Origin: an uncultured Mailhella sp. | GTDB taxonomy: Bacteria > Desulfobacterota > Desulfovibrionia > Desulfovibrionales > Desulfovibrionaceae | Reading direction: 5' to 3' | Length of the DNA: 64,000 nt | NCBI RefSeq assembly: GCF_905187505.1 | Contig: NZ_CAJJIC010000001.1 | Location: forward strand, 24,264-88,263 | Part shown: piece by piece, positions 55,162 through 64,000 of the stretch | Position numbering within the stretch: position 1 is the stretch's first letter | How the letters are laid out: every line of letters begins with the position of its first letter | The notes under the pieces: model-generated | Told to the model about the DNA's origin: nothing | Databases searched by the model: none | What the model saw: only the letters and a program-made list of their open reading frames with translations | Translations under genes and position numbers: made by a program

Positions 55162-57810
55162 ATGAGCAACAACGACTGGAACAACGATAACGGACTCGAC
55201 AGGCTCGATTTAGGCACGCCCGCCCGCGGCAGAAGAAAAAAGTCCTCCGAACCGGTCATGGAAGACGAGTCGGACAGCGAACTTCTGTCGCTGGACGCCG
55301 ATCCCCGGGGAGGCCGCAGAAAACGCCGCAGAAAGCGCGGGTTCTTCGGCACGCTTCTGTATCTTTTCGGCACGCTCGTGCTGCTCGGAGCCCTCGGTGC
55401 GGCGGCAGGCGGGTACATGATCTACCAGTGGGTTGCCGACGATTTGCCGAGCTTCAGCAAGATCGCCGACTACCGGCCTCCGCTCGTGACCACCGTCCTT
55501 GCGCGCGACGGCAGTCTCATAGGCCAGCTTTATCACGAACGGCGCTTCCTCGTCACGCTCGACCAGCTGCCCAAGGTGGTGCCTCAGGCCTTTCTCGCCG
55601 TGGAGGACGATCAGTTCTACAATCATCCCGGCGTGGACATCAAGGCCATCATCCGCGCGGCCATAGCCAACTTCCAGCACGGCTCCACCCGGCAGGGCGG
55701 AAGCACCATCACGCAGCAGGTGGTCAAGCGTCTCATGCTCACGCCGGAAAAGAGCTACGAACGCAAGATCAAGGAAGCCATTCTTGCCTACCGTCTGGAA
55801 AAGCAGCTCAGCAAGGATGAAATACTCACCCTCTACATCAACCAGATTTTCCTCGGCAACAATGCCTACGGCGTCGAAGCCGCCGCGCGCGTGTACTTTG
55901 CCAAGAACGCCAAGGACCTCACCATAGCCGAAGCCGCGCTCATCGCCGGTCTCGGCCAGTCGCCTTCGGCCTACAATCCCTACCGCAATCCCGAAGCCGC
56001 TCAGAACCGTCAGCATCACGTGCTCCGCCGTCTTCGCGACCTCGGCTGGATAAGCGACGCCGAATACGACGAAGCCATCAATCAGAAGCTCGAATACAAG
56101 GCCATGCCCTCTTCCAACCCTGACGGAGCGTGGTATCTTGAAGAAGTGCGCCGCCTGCTCGTTGACATGTTCTCGGAAGAGAACTGCAAGAAGAACGGCT
56201 ACGACTTCGGCATCTACGGCGAAGACGCCGTGTACGAGCTCGGCCTCACCGTGCACACCGCCATGGATCCTCTGCAGCAGAAGGCTGCCAACGAAGGCCT
56301 GCGCCACGGTCTGGAAGACGCCACCAAGCGTCACGGCTGGCTTGGCCCCGTAAAGCACCTCGAACCGTCGGAATACACGGATTTTCTTAAGAAAAAGGAC
56401 TTCCAGCTCTCCGATCTCGACGACGACGGCTGGGCTCTCGCCCTCGTGACCGGCGTGAGCAAGTCCGGCGCCGACGTGCTTTTGTCTGAAACGCAGCGCG
56501 GATACGTGAACGTGCGCACCATGAACTGGGCGCGCAAGCCCAACAAGCGCGTGGCCGGATCGGTCACGGCCGTGGTCATGCGCGATGCCACGCGCGTGGT
56601 CAAGCCGGGCGACGTCATATGGGTTTCCCGAGACCAGACTCCGGCCTCTTCCCAGAAGCAGAAGAAAACCTCCAATGGCGCGCAGTCCCAGAAGAACGCA
56701 CAAAACGCCGCCTCCCGCACCAGCGAGCCGGTCATAGCCCTGCGTTTGCAGCAATACCCCGACGTGCAGGGAGCCATGGTGTCCATCGAACCGGAAAACG
56801 GCGACGTGGTGGCCATGGTGGGCGGCTACTCCTTCGGCAGTTCCGGTTCGCAGTTCAACCGCGTCACGCAGGCACAGCGTCAGCCGGGCTCGTCATTCAA
56901 GCCCATCGTCTACTCGGCCGCGCTGGACAACGGCTTCACTCCGGCGTCCATGCTGCTCGACGCGCCCATCATTCTCATCGACAAGTGGACCAAGAAGGCC
57001 TGGCGTCCCGGCAACGACGACGGCAAGTTCGACGGCCCCATGCCTCTGTACCGGGCGCTGGCCCGTTCGCGCAACCTCTGCACCGTCCGCGTGGCGCAGC
57101 AGATGGGCGTGGAACACATCATTGCCCGGGCCAAGGCTCTGCGCCTTACGCCTGATTTTCCCGCCACGCTTTCCATCAGCCTCGGCGCCGTGGCCGTTTC
57201 GCCGCTCAACCTCGCGCAGGCATACACGGCCTTTGCCAACGGCGGCAAGGTGAGCTCCCCGCGCTTCATCACCAGCATTCAGGGGCCCTGGGGCAACACC
57301 ATCTACGAAAGTCAGCCCGAATCCGTGCAGGCCATCACGCCGCAGAACGCCTATGTCATGTCCAAGCTTCTCGAGGGCGTGGTCAACTTCGGCACCGGCG
57401 GCAAGGCCCGCGTGCTCGGACGTCCCCTCGGCGGCAAGACCGGCACCACCAACGACGAAAACGACGCGTGGTTCATCGGCATAACGCCCTATCTCGTCAC
57501 CGCAACCTACATAGGCTACGATCAGCTTCAGCCCATGGGACGCGGAGAAACAGGCTCCGGAGCGGCGCTTCCCGCCTACATCTACTATGCGAAGGAGGCA
57601 CTGAAAGCCTATCCGCCGGACGATTTCCCGAAGCCCGACGGCATCGTGTTCGCCGACGCCGGCGGCATGAGCATGCCCTTCATCGAAGGCACGGAACCCG
57701 GAACCGGCTACGGGATCGACGCCCTCGACGGCGAGGTTGATCCCGAGCTCGCTCAGCAGGCCGCCGAACAGGCCCAGCAGGGTGAGGATCTTCTGAAGGA
57801 CATGTTCTGA
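55162..57810 (+). CDS. mrcA: Class A penicillin-binding protein (PBP1A; transglycosylase plus transpeptidase)
   Basis: GT51 motifs AVEDDQFYNHPGVD and RQGGSTITQQ. Transpeptidase motifs GSSFKP (SxxK), SRN and KTGTT. TM anchor LFGTLVLLGALGAAAGG. Confidence 0.92.
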   Translation: MSNNDWNNDNGLDRLDLGTPARGRRKKSSEPVMEDESDSELLSLDADPRGGRRKRRRKRGFFGTLLYLFGTLVLLGALGAAAGGYMIYQWVADDLPSFSKIADYRPPLVTTVLARDGSLIGQLYHERRFLVTLDQLPKVVPQAFLAVEDDQFYNHPGVDIKAIIRAAIANFQHGSTRQGGSTITQQVVKRLMLTPEKSYERKIKEAILAYRLEKQLSKDEILTLYINQIFLGNNAYGVEAAARVYFAKNAKDLTIAEAALIAGLGQSPSAYNPYRNPEAAQNRQHHVLRRLRDLGWISDAEYDEAINQKLEYKAMPSSNPDGAWYLEEVRRLLVDMFSEENCKKNGYDFGIYGEDAVYELGLTVHTAMDPLQQKAANEGLRHGLEDATKRHGWLGPVKHLEPSEYTDFLKKKDFQLSDLDDDGWALALVTGVSKSGADVLLSETQRGYVNVRTMNWARKPNKRVAGSVTAVVMRDATRVVKPGDVIWVSRDQTPASSQKQKKTSNGAQSQKNAQNAASRTSEPVIALRLQQYPDVQGAMVSIEPENGDVVAMVGGYSFGSSGSQFNRVTQAQRQPGSSFKPIVYSAALDNGFTPASMLLDAPIILIDKWTKKAWRPGNDDGKFDGPMPLYRALARSRNLCTVRVAQQMGVEHIIARAKALRLTPDFPATLSISLGAVAVSPLNLAQAYTAFANGGKVSSPRFITSIQGPWGNTIYESQPESVQAITPQNAYVMSKLLEGVVNFGTGGKARVLGRPLGGKTGTTNDENDAWFIGITPYLVTATYIGYDQLQPMGRGETGSGAALPAYIYYAKEALKAYPPDDFPKPDGIVFADAGGMSMPFIEGTEPGTGYGIDALDGEVDPELAQQAAEQAQQGEDLLKDMF

Positions 57811-57865
57811 CGGAAGACTGCGTGCGGGATCTGTCCCGGACAGACGCCGCTGATTGAAATTCCGT

Positions 57866-57918
57866 CCGTCATGCGGCCGGGACCAGCCCGGGGACTTCCG
57901 GGTCCGGCCGCATGACGG
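57866..57918. repeat. Long imperfect inverted repeat downstream of the PBP gene
   Basis: CCGTCATGCGGCCGGGACC ... GGTCCGGCCGCATGACGG, about 18 bp with one bulge and a 15-nt loop. No T tract follows. Confidence 0.5.
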
Positions 57919-58058
57919 ATTCATGTCAACATAAAAAGGCTGGGGGGTACCCCTTCCCGTCTTTTTGACCCGCCCGGTTCCCAGCCGCGGTGGCCGGGGC
58001 CATTCCCCACAGGCGGGTTTTTTTGCCTTCAGCTTGCGGCACCGCCGCAGGAGCATAT

Positions 58059-58238
58059 ATGGAAAAACTGGAACGTGAAATCATGCAGGTGAGCAAGGAA
58101 ATCGCGGTGAAGTTCATTGAGTCGCAGCGCCTTTCTCCCAGCAACTTTGAAGAAATCTTCCCTTCCATCTACCGCGTGGTCATGGACACGGCCCTGAAGG
58201 GCAGGGAAAAGCTTGAACAGGAAGGAGACGCACAATGA
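58059..58238 (+). CDS. Small hypothetical protein (59 aa)
   Basis: MEKLEREIMQVSKEIAVKFIE... with a GGAG RBS. The stop overlaps the ubiE start (ATGA). No recognisable motif. Confidence 0.5.
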   Translation: MEKLEREIMQVSKEIAVKFIESQRLSPSNFEEIFPSIYRVVMDTALKGREKLEQEGDAQ

Positions 58239-59059
58239 GCCAGAACACTTCCGGAGATGAGAATCTCCGCAAGGAACAGACGGGTGAAGCGTCGGGCGGC
58301 ATCGCGCAGTCCGCTTCCGAAGGGAGCTCCGCGGACGGCGCTTCCGGCAAGGGCCCCGGCGATGAACATACCCGCAACGTGTCTGAAATGTTCGGCCGCA
58401 TGACCCCGTGGTATGACCTTCAGAACCGCGTGTTCAGCCTTTTCCTCGACTGCTGGTGGCGTCGCAATCTCGTGCGCTCCGTGGTGCCCGGCCCCACGAA
58501 CACGGTCATCGACATGGCGGCGGGCACGCTCGACGTCACGCTTGCGCTCATCCGCCGCTATCCCGAGCTGCGCGTCTATGCCACCGACATCTGCGAACCC
58601 ATGCTCCGCTACGGCGAAGAGCATAAGATGCGGGCGGGCGAGCGCTCCCGCGTGACCACCATGGTGGCCGATGCCCGCAACATGCCCCTGCCGGACGGCT
58701 GCGCCGACGCCGTGACCATCGCCTTCGGCATCCGCAACGTGCGCCCCCGCATGGATGCCCTGCGCGAAATGCACCGTCTGCTCGTGCCCGGAGGCAGAGC
58801 CTGCATACTGGAATTTGCTCCCGTGTCCACGCCTCTGTTCGGTCCGTGCTATCACTGGTATCTGCGTCACGTCATGCCCAAGCTTGCCGGCCTTGTCAGT
58901 CACTCCACCTCGGCCTATGACTACTTTGCCGGCACCATCGAAAACTTTCCGAAACCCGCGGCGTTCAGCGACGAACTGCGCGAGGCGGGCTTCGCCTTTG
59001 TTCAGCACATCCCCTTCACGCTGGGCGTCGCCAACCTCCACATCGCCGTGCGCGGCTGA
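58235..59059 (+). CDS. ubiE: Demethylmenaquinone / ubiquinone-type C-methyltransferase (UbiE/MenG family)
   Basis: VSEMFGRMTPWYDLQN, DMAAGTLDV (SAM motif I), ITIAFGIRNV and LVPGGRACILEF. It carries a low-complexity N-terminal extension of about 45 aa. Confidence 0.88.
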   Translation: MSQNTSGDENLRKEQTGEASGGIAQSASEGSSADGASGKGPGDEHTRNVSEMFGRMTPWYDLQNRVFSLFLDCWWRRNLVRSVVPGPTNTVIDMAAGTLDVTLALIRRYPELRVYATDICEPMLRYGEEHKMRAGERSRVTTMVADARNMPLPDGCADAVTIAFGIRNVRPRMDALREMHRLLVPGGRACILEFAPVSTPLFGPCYHWYLRHVMPKLAGLVSHSTSAYDYFAGTIENFPKPAAFSDELREAGFAFVQHIPFTLGVANLHIAVRG

Positions 59060-59089
59060 GGCGCGTCCCGCTTTCTTTCGGAGTCTGTC

Positions 59090-60193
59090 ATGTCATTAAG
59101 TCTGGGAATCGTCGGTCTGCCCAACGTGGGCAAGTCCACTCTTTTCAACGCGCTCACCAAGGCGCAGAACGCCGAAGCCGCCAACTACCCCTTCTGCACC
59201 ATCGAACCAAACAAGGCCACCGTGGCCGTGCCCGACAAGAGAGTCGACGCGCTTACCGATCTCGTGAAGCCTGCCAAGACCATCTATGCCACCGTGGACT
59301 TCGTGGACATCGCCGGTCTCGTGCGCGGCGCAAGCAAGGGTGAAGGCCTCGGCAATCAGTTTCTTGCCAACATCCGCGAGTGTGCCGCCATTGTGGAAGT
59401 GGTGCGCTGCTTCGACGATGAAAACATCGCGCATGTGGACGGCAGCGTCGATCCGCTGCGCGACGTGGACACCATTGAAACCGAACTTCTTCTCGCCGAT
59501 CTCGACACGGCGGAAAAGCGCCTCGACACGCTGAAAAAGAAATCGAAATTCGACAAGGAAATGCAGAAGGCCCAGCCCGTACTGGAAGCGCTGGTGGCCC
59601 ATCTTGGCGAAGGCAAGAGCGGCTCCACCTTCGAGGTGCCCGAACTCAACGAGCCCTTCAAGCAGGTCTGGCGCGAGCTCTCCCTGCTCACGGCCAAAAA
59701 GTTCATCTACTGCGCCAACGTCGACGAGGCCGGTCTTGAAGAAGACAACGATCACGTGAAGGCACTGCGCTCTCTGGCGGAAGCCAGAGGATGCGGCATG
59801 GTGAAGATATGCGCCCGTCTCGAAGAAGAACTTCAGGGACTCTCCGACGCCGAACAGGCGGAAATGCTGGAATCCTACGGCATCAAGGAGAGCGGCCTTG
59901 AGAACATCATCCGCATGGGCTACCACACCCTCGGGCTTGCCAGCTTCCTTACCGCCGGTCCCAAGGAAGTGCGTGCCTGGACGTTCCGCCAGGGCTGGAA
60001 GGCTCCGCAGGCTGCAGGCGTCATCCATACCGACTTTGAAAAAGGCTTCATCCGCGCCGAAGTCATCAGCTACGAAGACTACATGAAGTACAAGTCCGAA
60101 GCGGCCTGCCGCTCCGCCGGCGTGCTCCGAGTGGAAGGCAAGGACTATGTCGTCAAGGACGGCGACATGATGAACTTCCTCTTCAACGTGTAG
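59090..60193 (+). CDS. ychF: Ribosome-binding redox-regulated ATPase YchF
   Basis: [48 protein letters not shown], and C-terminal TGS/YchF FIRAEV...[18 protein letters not shown]. Confidence 0.95.
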   Translation: MSLSLGIVGLPNVGKSTLFNALTKAQNAEAANYPFCTIEPNKATVAVPDKRVDALTDLVKPAKTIYATVDFVDIAGLVRGASKGEGLGNQFLANIRECAAIVEVVRCFDDENIAHVDGSVDPLRDVDTIETELLLADLDTAEKRLDTLKKKSKFDKEMQKAQPVLEALVAHLGEGKSGSTFEVPELNEPFKQVWRELSLLTAKKFIYCANVDEAGLEEDNDHVKALRSLAEARGCGMVKICARLEEELQGLSDAEQAEMLESYGIKESGLENIIRMGYHTLGLASFLTAGPKEVRAWTFRQGWKAPQAAGVIHTDFEKGFIRAEVISYEDYMKYKSEAACRSAGVLRVEGKDYVVKDGDMMNFLFNV

Positions 60194-60229
60194 GCTTTCT
60201 GTTCACTGTCTAACCTTCAGGAGGAAGTG

Positions 60230-61303
60230 ATGCCTACACTGTGCAAGGTCTCACAGGATCCTCTTATATTCCACAGCTATAATTTCGGTCATATCTACAC
60301 GCCCGTAAAGCAGCTGGCTCCCTACATACGAAAGGGCAAGAACATTCACATTGTTCTTACCATTAATATGTCCATACGCCCGCAGAAAAAGATCGAACGA
60401 CTTGCTGAGGAATATCATAAATATGCCAGACAGTATCCGTGGATCATAGTGACCGTGCTGGCAAACGAACCGGAAGAACTTGAACTGCTTCGAGCTCACG
60501 GCGTTCGTTCCGAACTGTGCAACCAGAACTGTCTCATTGACGAGCGCTGCTACACGATACGGCAGGTGGAAAAAAAGTATGACGCCATCTCCAATTCACG
60601 CATGGCGCCATATAAGCGACTGGAACTGTTGAGCAGGGTGGAAAACTGCGCCCTGCTCACCTACTTCCTCGATCCTTCCGACTATGAATACGAAAAGCTC
60701 ATTCTCCCCCATGCTGGAGGAGAGAGCGCCGCGTGTCCCAATCTCATCTGTCCGCAGTTCGACGGAAAAGCATGGCAGTGGTTCGACAACGACAAAATCT
60801 GCGAAATGCTCTCCGCCAGCCGATGCGGCATCATTGCCTCTGCTCAGGAAGGCGCATGCTTTGCCGCGGTTGAATACCTGCTCTGCGGTCTGCCCGTGGT
60901 CACGACACCCAATATCGGAGGCCGCGACGCCATGTTCGACAAGGACTACGTCATATGGGCCGATCCTGATCCCGACGCCATCGCCGAAGCGGTGAAAAAG
61001 GCCATGGCTCTTCCCATCACGCCTCAGGAAATACGGAGCCGAACCATAGCAAAAATGCGGAAGGGACGGGAAATCTACTGCGGCATACTGGACGCCATCG
61101 CCAGAGAGGAAGGCGTTGAACGTCACTTCCTGGCAGACTGGGACTCCTTCTACGTCAACAAGATGATGAATAACCTGTCCGAAAAAGAAGCCGTCAGCTA
61201 TCTCAATGCTTCCGGCGTCGAAACGCATTACAGTCTGCTCCATCGCCTTCACAACCTGCATCGGGCATTCAAGCATTACCTGAAGTATCGTTCCATGAAG
61301 TAA
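60230..61303 (+). CDS. Glycosyltransferase-like protein (GT-B / GT4-like C-terminal half), visibly lower GC than its neighbours
   Basis: EGACFAAVEYLLCGLPVVTTPNIGG resembles the E-x7-E / GlPVV motif of GT-B enzymes. AGGAGG (60219-60224) lies before the ATG at 60230. Many A/T-ending codons. Confidence 0.6.
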   Translation: MPTLCKVSQDPLIFHSYNFGHIYTPVKQLAPYIRKGKNIHIVLTINMSIRPQKKIERLAEEYHKYARQYPWIIVTVLANEPEELELLRAHGVRSELCNQNCLIDERCYTIRQVEKKYDAISNSRMAPYKRLELLSRVENCALLTYFLDPSDYEYEKLILPHAGGESAACPNLICPQFDGKAWQWFDNDKICEMLSASRCGIIASAQEGACFAAVEYLLCGLPVVTTPNIGGRDAMFDKDYVIWADPDPDAIAEAVKKAMALPITPQEIRSRTIAKMRKGREIYCGILDAIAREEGVERHFLADWDSFYVNKMMNNLSEKEAVSYLNASGVETHYSLLHRLHNLHRAFKHYLKYRSMK

Positions 61304-61323
61304 TCCGACATGGAAAAACAGAA

Positions 61324-61361
61324 GCGCCCCTGAGCTTGCCGTGAGTCTCAGGGGCGCTTTG
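61324..61361. terminator. Intrinsic terminator after the glycosyltransferase-like gene
   Basis: GCGCCCCTGAG / CTCAGGGGCGC perfect 11-bp stem with a 12-nt loop, followed by TTTGT. T-rich on the opposite strand as well. Confidence 0.75.
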
Positions 61362-61590
61362 TCATCTTCCGCCGTTGCTCCGGGTCCGACGTCCCGCGAC
61401 CGACCGGCAGCACGCGCATCGTCCTTGTCCGCCGCCACGTCAGCGCGGCAAAACGTTCCGCCCCCAAAGACTCTTTTCCTGGCCTTCATCAAGAGCGGCG
61501 TCTCTCCTGCCGCCGTCCTCCCCCCGTGGCAGTCCCCTCTTCTCAGTCCACACCTTCTGTGTCGGAAGAACGCCGGACTCTAACGACGAA

Positions 61591-61624
61591 AAACAAAGGG
61601 AACGACATGTCGTTCCCTTTGTTT
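61591..61624. terminator. Perfect 34-nt palindrome; terminator of the TerB/DUF533-like gene
   Basis: AAACAAAGGGAACGAC-AT-GTCGTTCCCTTTGTTT. It lies 10 nt beyond the minus-strand stop at 61635, and a T-rich run follows on both strands. Confidence 0.75.
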
Positions 61625-61634
61625 GTTTCATCCG

Positions 61635-62339
61635 TTATCCGGGCAGTAACTGCTGTCTGGCCTGCGAGACTTCCTGTTCAAGCGTCGCCCTGCGCGCCTC
61701 GGAAAGATGCAAGGCACGGGCCAGCCCGTCGAGATAGCTTTTTTCCATGAAATGATCCACGTCCACGATAAGGCAGGAAAGCCGATACAGATCCTCTGCC
61801 TGTTCGGGCGAGCGGACCTCCGCCGCCAGCCTTGACGGATCAATGGGTTCGGTCATCAGAGCATTCATGACGGCGGTCATGCTCTGTCCGGGAAACATCT
61901 GTTCAACAAGCCTGAGAATGCGTCCCTGCTCCGTGGCGTCGACATGGCCGTCCGCCCTCGCCGTATAGACCATGGCGCGAAGCATGAGCATGGCCGTGGC
62001 GTCAGGGGTTGCCGCCACGGAGGCTCCCGCAGAAACGGAAGGCAGCGCCGAGGTTCTCTCTCCACCGCCATGCTCGCTCCGGCTCTGCTCTCTGCCCTGA
62101 CTCCATTTCTGATAAAAGTTCCAGGCAACGGCCCCCGCGCCGACAAGCGCGGCGTCCTTCAGCACGCTTTTGGAAACGAATCCGCCGATCAGCGCGCCGA
62201 GCGCTCCGGCTCCAAGCAGACCTCCCAGGCCGCCGGGCGCCTGGCTCGTTGCGTCGGACGCGGCGTTTCTGGCCTTATCCGCAAAGGTACCGAGTGCAGA
62301 CTTGAGTTCTGAGGAATTCAGGATATCAAACAGCGACAT
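61635..62339 (-). CDS. TerB-fold / DUF533 (YebE-like) family protein
   Basis: Gly-rich membrane-proximal segment GGLGGLLGAGALGALIGGF..., and a C-terminal TerB-like domain (AMVYTARADGHVDATEQ...). Confidence 0.7.
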   Translation of the reverse strand: MSLFDILNSSELKSALGTFADKARNAASDATSQAPGGLGGLLGAGALGALIGGFVSKSVLKDAALVGAGAVAWNFYQKWSQGREQSRSEHGGGERTSALPSVSAGASVAATPDATAMLMLRAMVYTARADGHVDATEQGRILRLVEQMFPGQSMTAVMNALMTEPIDPSRLAAEVRSPEQAEDLYRLSCLIVDVDHFMEKSYLDGLARALHLSEARRATLEQEVSQARQQLLPG

Positions 62340-62447
62340 GAAAAACTCCTTGAAAAGCTTCGGGTATCGTATGATACACAGATACGTGATTCGTCTGTGA
62401 AGTCAACAGGAAAAGTCTTTCATATTGTTTCGTTATGTTTCCCGAGC

Positions 62448-63890
62448 TCAGATATAGGGACTCATCAGCCAGCAGACGGAATCAAAAAGACATGAGGCAA
62501 GACTCATTCTTTCATAATCCTGCGGAGTCATTCTGCGGGAACGCGAAAGTATCTCGTCTGCATAGGAGGAAAGCTCCTTTTGAAACTCAGGGTCCGCAGC
62601 CTCCACATTGAGCTCAAAGTTAAGAAAAAGACTGCGCGGATCAAGGTTGGCCGACCCGAACAGGGCATACCAGTCATCCACCAGAAGAAGCTTGGTATGA
62701 GCAAACGGCGGCGGCTGATACCAGATGCGTACTCCCATGCCCGCAAGCTGCCGCTGATAGCGACGGGAGGCATGATGCACATAGAAAAGGTTGTTTTTGG
62801 CAGGCAGGATGATGTCCACGCGCACGCCGCGCTGCACGGCGGCAACAAGCGTCCCCGACAGCTCACGGGGAGGAATGAAGTACGGCGTGAATATGGTCAC
62901 GCGATGCCTTGCGGAAGATATCACCCCGCACAAAAGCTGATGAATGTTTTCCCGCTGCCTTCCAAGTCCGTCGAACACCAGCCGGCAATGGGAATTCCCG
63001 GCTTCCTCCGGCTCCACGCCGGAAGGAGGCGTGGGCAGCTTGGAAACAAAGGCCCAGTCCATGAGAAAGGCTTCCTGAAGTCTGGCCGCCACGGGCCCGG
63101 TGCAGCGAAAATGGATATCCTGCACGCGGCCTCGCTTCGGCAGGGACACAAGATGATGGTCGCCTATGTTCATGCCGCCGGTAAAGGCGACATTGCCGTC
63201 ACAGGCCAGCACCTTTCGATGCGTGCGCAGATTGATGGCGAACATGGGAGGCCACAGACGGGGAGGCAAAAACATCTGTACCTTCACCCCTCGTGCGGCG
63301 AGCCTGCGCCAGGGCTTGCGCAGGGAATAGATCATGCCGCCGAATCCGTCCACAATGAGCCTGACGTCGACGCCCCGCTCCGCCGCCTCGCCGAGGGCCT
63401 CGGCAAAGGCGCGTCCCGTCTCGTCGCCTTTGAATATATAGGTGGAAAGGCATACCATGTGCCGGGCCCGGCGTATGGCATCCAGCATGGCCGGATAGGC
63501 CTCTTCGCCGTTTTTCAGAAGTTCCAGCCTGTTGCCGCGCATCATGGGCCGGCCGGTGATGGCCCTTCCTACGCGCAATGCCTCCCAATCCCCGGGGAGA
63601 TTGACATCTTCCTCCGCATTCAGGCGACGATCCAGCACGCGATCCGAGGAATCCTGCCTTCGTGAAGCCTCGTCAAGAAGGCGCCCTGCAAGGCTGTCGG
63701 CCCGGCTGATGCCGAACAGAGAATAGGCCAGACTTCCCAGAAAAGGCAGCAGCATGACGCTGGCCACCCAGGCAAGCGCCGACTGAGGATCCTTTTTATG
63801 AAGGAGCGCATGCACGGCACAGCAAAGCGCCCATACAAAGCCCAGCACGGCGAACAGCGCGCCGAACACGACCAGAGTCAACGATTCCAT
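62448..63890 (-). CDS. cls: Cardiolipin synthase (PLD superfamily)
   Basis: Two N-terminal TM helices and two HKD motifs (HRKVLACDGNVAFTGGMN and HTKLLLVDDWYALFGSAN). Confidence 0.92.
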   Translation of the reverse strand: MESLTLVVFGALFAVLGFVWALCCAVHALLHKKDPQSALAWVASVMLLPFLGSLAYSLFGISRADSLAGRLLDEASRRQDSSDRVLDRRLNAEEDVNLPGDWEALRVGRAITGRPMMRGNRLELLKNGEEAYPAMLDAIRRARHMVCLSTYIFKGDETGRAFAEALGEAAERGVDVRLIVDGFGGMIYSLRKPWRRLAARGVKVQMFLPPRLWPPMFAINLRTHRKVLACDGNVAFTGGMNIGDHHLVSLPKRGRVQDIHFRCTGPVAARLQEAFLMDWAFVSKLPTPPSGVEPEEAGNSHCRLVFDGLGRQRENIHQLLCGVISSARHRVTIFTPYFIPPRELSGTLVAAVQRGVRVDIILPAKNNLFYVHHASRRYQRQLAGMGVRIWYQPPPFAHTKLLLVDDWYALFGSANLDPRSLFLNFELNVEAADPEFQKELSSYADEILSRSRRMTPQDYERMSLASCLFDSVCWLMSPYI

Positions 63891-64000
63891 GATCCCTTTT
63901 TCCTTTTACAGAAGGCGAGGCACAAACGGCGAAATGTCGGCCGAGCCCGTCCGCCGCACCTGATCCCCGGACAGAGCGCAGCAGTAAGACCAGAAAACAA

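Overview
High-GC bacterial chromosomal segment. Gene content looks Desulfovibrionaceae-like, but that is a by-eye inference because no search was possible. I support about 50 protein genes, one tRNA-Arg(CCT), several sigma70-like promoters, one textbook sigma54 promoter and about a dozen intrinsic-terminator hairpins. I saw no rRNA, CRISPR array, IS element, transposase or integrase. Most of the window is housekeeping: purM, recN, rlmH, ettA, greA, recJ, gmk-remA-yicC-mtaB-like, recD2-like helicase, hom, hemC, nadK, gatB, a class A PBP, ubiE, ychF and cls. Two accessory loci stand out. (1) At 34.7-43.1 kb, immediately after the tRNA-Arg, a PAS-sensor sigma54 enhancer-binding protein precedes a perfect -24/-12 promoter. 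This drives a five-gene operon: a glycyl radical enzyme (GRE), its activase, a flavodoxin-fold FMN-reductase-like protein, an anion-permease-like transporter, and an amidohydrolase-fold protein that appears to have lost its canonical metal ligands. The partner set matches no GRE pathway I know, so this is my best candidate for an undescribed catabolic system. (2) At 9.0-15.6 kb lies a tightly packed seven-gene cluster: YedF-like TusA/DsrE protein, HgdC/BcrAD-type ATPase activator, a single 2-hydroxyacyl-CoA-dehydratase-family (double-cubane-protein-like) subunit, a NitT/TauT-type ABC transporter and an enolase-superfamily enzyme. Smaller oddities are a CbiK-like chelatase ORF that runs in frame without a stop into an aminotransferase, a visibly lower-GC glycosyltransferase-like gene bracketed by terminators, an orphan HicB-like gene, and a Lon-like protease coupled to hemC. 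All functional calls rest on motif recognition in the supplied translations. Start codons were chosen by RBS and alignment logic and are less certain than stops.
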